NCBI GenBank assembly: GCA_051530055.1
Contig: CM121343.1
Location: forward strand, 6,480,389-6,544,388
Direction of reading: 5' to 3'
Origin: Neoechinorhynchus agilis
Taxonomy: Eukaryota > Animalia > Acanthocephala
Length of the DNA: 64,000 bases
The notes under the pieces are model-generated. The model saw only the letters and a program-made list of their open reading frames with translations, had not been told where the DNA came from and searched no databases. Numbering within the stretch: position 1 is the first letter of the stretch; every line of letters starts with the position of its first letter. Of the stretch, positions 61,501 to 64,000 are shown piece by piece. The translations under genes and the position numbers were made by a program.

Positions 61501-62150
61501 TGGGCTTTCTACGGCCTAAAATTTATCCAGCTTTATTGTGTCAATTTTAAATAAGTGCAAATATTCTACACTGATTGAAATTTTATTGGAACTTTTCCAG
61601 TCTTAAGTTACCTCTTCCTCAATGTTTAATCTTACTTTTTCGATGAAATGTTTTAATCTTCATATTTTTTGTTCCTCATAAAAAAGAGTTGGTACAAGGG
61701 ATTACTCATTACAAATTAACATCTTCAAAAATATCAACCGAGCGGGTCGTTAAATATTTAGCAAAGGCGCTTGTTCTTATTTCGAGCTCTTATTTAAGCG
61801 CATTTTTGTTGGCCCTTTTTTGGTATTTATAAATTATCTTTGTTGCCATTCTTTAAATCGGCTGATTTTTTTTGGATTAAACCGGATTCCGAACCTAAGC
61901 GCAACGCACACAGTTAAAAATGAGTGCTATTGTAAACTGCTTTTCTCCTCATATTTGTCCATTATTATTTCTATATCACCATTTTTTGCTAAAAATAACA
62001 CATTTGACTTGTACATTATAACTGATTCGTCATTTTTAATGTTAGTACATTTATACTTATTGGAAAAACACTGAACGCTAGTGATATAATTCCTGAATAT
62101 ATTATAATTGAAAAAGAACACCGCGACTTGCGTTTTTTGCCATCGAATAA

Positions 62151-62756
62151 ATGACTCAGAGATCAGAAAGCTTTGGGACGACTTCAGAGGACGAGAGGAA
62201 GCTCATTCGTAAAATTATAAGAAATTTCTCAAATGAAAGTCCCTTTATTTCAAAAAGTAGGGTCATTTTATCGGATGCATTTAGGATAATGAGCCAGTCA
62301 GATACCCAGATGATCACTCCGTCTAGATTAAGTGAAATTGCGGCTCGACTGAATATAGAAATGTCAGTGGAGGAAGCCGAATCATTGGTGAACCAGATAG
62401 TGTGAATAATTCTCCGTTAAGATTCTAAGTAGAATTATTTAGAAGATGAGGACAAAAGTGGACACATTGGATTGCTGGAGTTCGAGACGTTGATGGAAAC
62501 GGTAGTGACAGAGGAGGAAATGTTGCGTGAGATGTATGAGATATTTAATGTGTTCGATCAAGATTATGATGGAACAATATCATGTCAAGAGATTGGATCC
62601 ATAGTTAAATATTTTGATCCGCAATTAACTGAAGATGAAGCGTTGGATTTAATCCGCGCTGCTGATGTGAACAAGAATGGAACTATTGAAATGAACGAAT
62701 TGCTGATGTTATTGGCCAGCAATGATTCTGACGAGCAACATCGTTTAAAAAAGTAA
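62151..62756 (+). CDS. Calmodulin-like EF-hand protein; 2 exons
   Basis: EF loops DEDKSGHIGLLE, DQDYDGTISCQE and DVNKNGTIEMNE. The first EF-hand is degenerate. Confidence 0.85.
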
Positions 62757-64000
62757 ACTACTTTTTAGTACAGATTGAGCTTGTCCAATATCAATTGAAT
62801 GGCATGTTGCTTTTCTATCATACATTCCCTAAACACATTGTTTATTCTTACTGATTAGGTTCCATTGGATTCGAGTTGTTTTGCTGCAATCTGACAGATA
62901 ATTGCGCTGCACTTGTGCAATCTACCAATTACCAAATCTAAGCAATACAACACATGCGATGATGGCATCGAAACTTGAAGACGAACAATTATAGTGTTGG
63001 TTTTATGCGTTAAAATCAACTTGTATTTCTTAAATCACATCGATTTAATTGATCCACTCAAATATTTTTGTCGTCTGCACAATATTCGAAATAAATTCCA
63101 TCTTTTTATATATTTAAGATGGATTTTTTCGTTTTCAATCGAGTATTGCGCAATATTTCTGTCGAATGAGTCATGAGCATCAAGAAATTGAATTGTGGCC
63201 ATCGTAATCCACGCGGATAGAAAATATTTTATTAGATTGAAATATTTCACGACGGAGCCTTGACTCGTCAATCAATGTTTCGCAAGTTAATTCGATCGAC
63301 CGAAATGTTTCAATCTTATAAAATACGTTTTATCCGGGATTTTCATCATCACAATTCAAAAACATGAGAATTTACACGAACCTCGATGGACCGGATTTCG
63401 TTCAATAATAATAATAATAATAATTGAAAAAGTATTTGTATTTTACCTGTTTTCGAGACACGCTTAGAATCAATTTTATCGTTTTTAAAAATGAGAGATT
63501 TCGTCTAAAAACGACAACAGTGCAAAATTACTGTATTGGTAGGATTATATTTATTGATGAGAAATGAAGTGAATTTTTCAATTCTAAGCGAAACGAGCAT
63601 TTGTGTAAAACATTAAATTAAAATTATAATTTTTTGCTTTAATACACAAGTAATATTGAATGAATGGCAACCATAAAAAAGTTCTCAGTGCAATTATGTT
63701 AAGATGAATAATTTACAGTTTGCATTTTTCTCGCATACTATTTCTTAAGAATAATAAAATTTTGAGACTATACCCGGTTCATATTAAAAAATTATCAATA
63801 TATAGTTCACGGATGCATTATTTAAGCTTGGTCCTTGAAATCCTTTTTATGGCTCAAATGGTTGTTTTTTCTTAATACAAAACCGGAGCAGAAAAAAAAT
63901 GGAAACATGATAGTTTTTAAAGTACGCGAATTTTCGTAAGAGATAATCTCATGTTGCGCGTATAAGATTGGAATTTATATAAGGAGCCAATAGAGTTGCG

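Noticed and set aside
62400-62445. Possible non-canonical (TG-start) intron in the calmodulin-like gene
   Set aside because: A canonical in-frame 33-nt GT-AG intron (62400-62432) explains the junction.

Overview
AT-rich, gene-dense animal genomic DNA with mostly short GT-AG introns (about 30-70 nt). A LIN-66/Egalitarian-like gene and AG acceptors just ahead of several start codons hint at a nematode-like or other ecdysozoan worm, but the taxon cannot be fixed from sequence alone. About 17 protein-coding genes were reconstructed by hand: GTF3C3, a Sib-like membrane protein, an orphan, PHF14-like, FKBP4, a GM130 C-terminus, FoxO-like, ETS, REXO1, importin alpha-3, a 4-exon FGF8/17/18-like gene absent from the ORF track, a C2H2 zinc-finger protein, LIN-66-like, geminin-like, a DDAH-like probable pseudoenzyme, a class-V aminotransferase and a calmodulin-like protein. 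Between them lie three CRE-clade non-LTR fragments, a Penelope GIY-YIG fragment with hammerhead-bearing inverted pLTRs, two tRNA-derived SINEs, many palindromes and eight different tandem arrays. The most striking pattern is that several unrelated palindromic elements and two satellites carry Penelope-type minimal hammerhead motifs, often one in each polarity, best seen in a six-unit 224-bp array. All alignments and folds were done by eye, without database searches, and boundaries of repeats are approximate.
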